Part shown: one piece after another, positions 61,960 through 64,000 of the stretch
How positions within the stretch are numbered: position 1 is the stretch's first letter
Layout: each line of letters opens with the position of its first letter
NCBI GenBank assembly: GCA_035489575.1
Contig: DATHJY010000004.1
Span: 27,483-91,482 of the forward strand
Length of the DNA stretch: 64,000 bases
DNA from: Verrucomicrobiia bacterium
Lineage (GTDB): Bacteria; Patescibacteriota; Saccharimonadia; Saccharimonadales; JAGQNK01
Reading direction: 5' to 3'
Notes under the pieces: model-generated
Told to the model about the DNA's origin: nothing
Database searches by the model: none
The model's input: the letters and a program-made list of their open reading frames with translations, nothing else
Position numbers and translations under genes: made by a program

Positions 61960-61988
61960 ATCCTACTATACGCCAAATAATATGTCAA
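61960..61988 (-). promoter_or_regulatory. sigma70-type promoter for the vWA-like gene
   Basis: On the reverse strand: TTGACA (61988-61983), 17 nt, TAGGAT (61965-61960). Confidence 0.5.
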
Positions 61989-62099
61989 AACTTTTTTTCA
62001 AAAAAGTCCACATAATGTTATTAATGATAAAATTCTCACAATAAAGGTTATGCAAACGACAAAAAACTCAGGATGGGAGTTGTCGTATACTAGTGGTGC

Positions 62100-63014
62100 A
62101 TGATACGAGTTTTAACCGGTGACAACACTTTTACCCTCAGAAGCGAGCTAAATCGTTTGGTAGATGCTTTCGTGGCGGACTATACCGACATGGGGCTGGA
62201 GCGTCTGGACGGCGAAGAAATCAGCTACGACCGTATTCGCGAAGCGCTGCAGAGCTTGCCGTTTCTGGCATCCAAAAAAATGGTCTTGTTGCAGCGTCCC
62301 AGCGCTAACAAAGAATTTTTAGAAAAGGCCACCCAGCTATTAGACGGCGTGCCAGAGACCACAGACGTACTTATAGTCGAGCCCAAGCTGGACAAGCGGC
62401 TCAGTTATTACAAATTCCTCAAGAAAAACAGTGACTATAAAGAATTCACCGAACTGGACGAAAATGGTCTGTCGAGCTGGCTTGTACAGCAAGCCCAATT
62501 ACAGGGTTCGACCCTGAAAAAAGAAGATGCCCGTTATTTGGTGCAGCGGGTAGGGATACACCAGCAATTGCTGTCCAGCGAGCTACTCAAGCTGCTTACT
62601 TATGACCCGCAGATATCCAAGCAAACCATAGACCTCCTGACCAACCTGACGCCGCAAAGCACTATCTTTGAGCTACTAGACGCCGCACTGGCTGGCCGCA
62701 CCAAACAGGCGCTGGGACTGTACCAAGAGCAGCGGGGTATGAAGGTAGAGCCCCAGCAGATCATGGCCATGCTGGCGTGGCAACTGCACATACTGGCGGT
62801 GGTCAAGGTGGCCGGTTCGCGCGACGCCAACACCATTGCCAAAGAGGCTCGGCTGAACCCCTATGTGGTACGTAAAACCCAGGGGTTGGTCCAGCGTATG
62901 CCTCTGAGCCAAATCAAAAAACTTGTTCACCATGCCTGTATCTTGGACACTCGCCTAAAGAGTGAACCAATCGACGCCGACGAGGCCCTGCAGCACCTCA
63001 TCATGACCATCTAA
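62100..63014 (+). CDS. holA: DNA polymerase III delta subunit
   Basis: 304 aa. The N-terminal pattern (..L.G.......E...L..............E.......I.EAL.SLPF...KK.VLL) and size are typical of HolA. Confidence 0.8.
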   Translation: MIRVLTGDNTFTLRSELNRLVDAFVADYTDMGLERLDGEEISYDRIREALQSLPFLASKKMVLLQRPSANKEFLEKATQLLDGVPETTDVLIVEPKLDKRLSYYKFLKKNSDYKEFTELDENGLSSWLVQQAQLQGSTLKKEDARYLVQRVGIHQQLLSSELLKLLTYDPQISKQTIDLLTNLTPQSTIFELLDAALAGRTKQALGLYQEQRGMKVEPQQIMAMLAWQLHILAVVKVAGSRDANTIAKEARLNPYVVRKTQGLVQRMPLSQIKKLVHHACILDTRLKSEPIDADEALQHLIMTI

Positions 63015-63148
63015 CGGCAAGAACTCCAAGTTTGATCCACGTGCACCTCAAGCCAGGCGATAAATCTTCTGGTCGCCGTGCAGGGGTGTTTTGAGATTGC
63101 TACAGGTACGATCAAGATACCCATCAAAGTGACGCATCCTTGCGCAGG

Positions 63149-63508
63149 CTATTGCAGCGGATTTGATAGCTTGAGCCCCTGGATATGGTGAAAATCATCA
63201 GTATTTGCAGTCCATAGCGTAAGGTCATGCTCGAGGGCAGTAGCGGCTATTATTGAATCGCCTAAACTCATTTTTTTGTTTTGTCGCAACTTGACGGCCT
63301 GCTCAATAATAGACTGGCTTAGGTCGATATTTTCGTATGCCTCAAAGAGCCGCTGAAGCGCGCGCTGCTCTGCTGCGGTGATCTGTTGAAAACCAAGGGC
63401 CTCAATTATGCTTATTGATGCGTAGCAAGCTTCTAGCCCTTCAAGTTTGGAGATGTCGATGGACCCATTACCTGCGTAGACAAAAACGTTGGTGTCAAAA
63501 ATAACCAT
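63149..63508 (-). CDS. vapC: PIN-domain toxin
   Basis: Start at ATG 63508 (MVIFDTNVFV, first acidic PIN residue). Later D/E residues (GDSIIAATA, TANTDDF). Confidence 0.8.
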   Translation of the reverse strand: MVIFDTNVFVYAGNGSIDISKLEGLEACYASISIIEALGFQQITAAEQRALQRLFEAYENIDLSQSIIEQAVKLRQNKKMSLGDSIIAATALEHDLTLWTANTDDFHHIQGLKLSNPLQ

Positions 63509-63512
63509 ATGT

Positions 63513-63776
63513 TTAGTCTCGGCCAGGAAGCAGACGGTCTTTGCGGATTTCACGTTGCCAGGCGGCTGGGTCTTGAATAGTTTGAAAAGGCTTCAGCGCC
63601 TGGAGCTCTTTCCATAGCTGCTGAATATACTTACGGTCCTGTACTGTGTGCTTCTGGGGCAACGTGATATCTGCCTTGTCGCCTAATTTAAGCTGCGCGT
63701 GCTCAACATATGCCTTTGGCACCCGAAGGGCATATGAATTTCCCGTCTTGATCACCGTCGTTGTGTACTTATTCAT
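63513..63776 (-). CDS. vapB: AbrB/SpoVT-fold antitoxin
   Basis: KTGNSYALRVPK is the SpoVT-AbrB loop. 87 aa, ending 4 nt before vapC. Confidence 0.8.
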   Translation of the reverse strand: MNKYTTTVIKTGNSYALRVPKAYVEHAQLKLGDKADITLPQKHTVQDRKYIQQLWKELQALKPFQTIQDPAAWQREIRKDRLLPGRD

Positions 63777-63787
63777 AGTAACTACTA

Positions 63788-63833
63788 TTATAGGTACATT
63801 AATTTCTGTGTCAAACTAATTATGCTTGACACG
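63788..63833 (-). promoter_or_regulatory. vapBC promoter with overlapping inverted-repeat operator
   Basis: On the reverse strand: TTGACA (63815-63810), 16 nt, TATAAT (63793-63788). The inverted repeat GTGTCAA-N11-TTGACAC (63809-63833) overlaps the -35 box. Confidence 0.55.
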
Positions 63834-63901
63834 CTTGGTTGATAAAATGAAGCAAGCATATTGCCAAAACAGCAATAATATGCTAATGTTTATATATACT
63901 C

Positions 63902-64000
63902 ATGAACTACACTGACTCTCTTGTAGCACCAGAAGCCATCACGGCCCCAGAGACTGTGTATCATGCCAATAATCTCGAAATTATGTCTGATCTGGATAGG
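63902..64000 (+). CDS. partial ORF running off the window
   Basis: ATG at 63902, 33 codons open to the window end (MNYTDSLVAPEAITAPETVYHANNLEIMSDLDR). Too short to assign. Confidence 0.25.
   Translation, partial: MNYTDSLVAPEAITAPETVYHANNLEIMSDLDR

Noticed and set aside
61383-61988. 201-aa Arg-rich ORF overlapping the vWA-like gene
   Set aside because: It contains runs such as RRGRRQQRPEGRRRRRRR and spans the promoter. The 152-aa frame (61421-61879) has an RBS, near-saturated GC3 and a sensible alpha/beta pattern.
1-64000. Search for rRNA, tRNA, tmRNA, RNase P, CRISPR repeats, transposases, integrases or phage structural genes
   Set aside because: No T-loop (GGTTCGAATCC-type) cloverleaf candidates, no regularly spaced direct repeats, no DDE or tyrosine-recombinase motifs and no capsid- or terminase-like proteins were seen when reading the sequence and ORF track. 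Absence is by eye only and should be confirmed with tRNAscan-SE, cmscan and CRISPR finders.

Overview
This 64-kb chromosomal segment appears to come from a small-genome bacterium. Gene content and protein style look Patescibacteria/CPR, Saccharibacteria-like; that is inference from reading the proteins, not a database result. The backbone is roughly 50% GC by eye and carries housekeeping genes: groES-groEL, argS, gdh, mscL, msrB, dnaG-rpoD, polA, mutM, holA, orn and a P-type ATPase. I saw no rRNA, tRNA, CRISPR array, transposase or integrase. Four things stand out. (1) At 56.2-62.0 kb there is a very GC-rich island (GC3 near saturation in places). It encodes a Ter-type stress module (canonical TerD, a divergent TerD-like protein, a DUF475/TerC-like membrane protein, a small vWA-like protein, a 2-TM peptide) plus an unassignable 381-aa protein. 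Each unit is driven by an AT-rich backbone-style TTGACA-17-TAnnAT promoter. (2) Two copies of a ~160-nt structured leader RNA show compensatory base-pair changes and sequester the RBS/start region of a pgi/pmi-like operon and of dnaG-rpoD. (3) A SipW-type signal peptidase is fused in frame to its own substrate-type signal peptide and a lamin-tail-like domain, next to a TasA/camelysin-like protein. (4) There are compact lipid/isoprenoid operons (CDP-alcohol transferase-PHP-CarS-like; GGPP synthase-unknown-phytoene/squalene synthase), several further small high-GC islets, a four-gene orphan operon with a DEDDh exonuclease behind a long inverted repeat, a class-II-like Fic gene and a vapBC pair. 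All functional calls come from motifs read by eye in the supplied translations.
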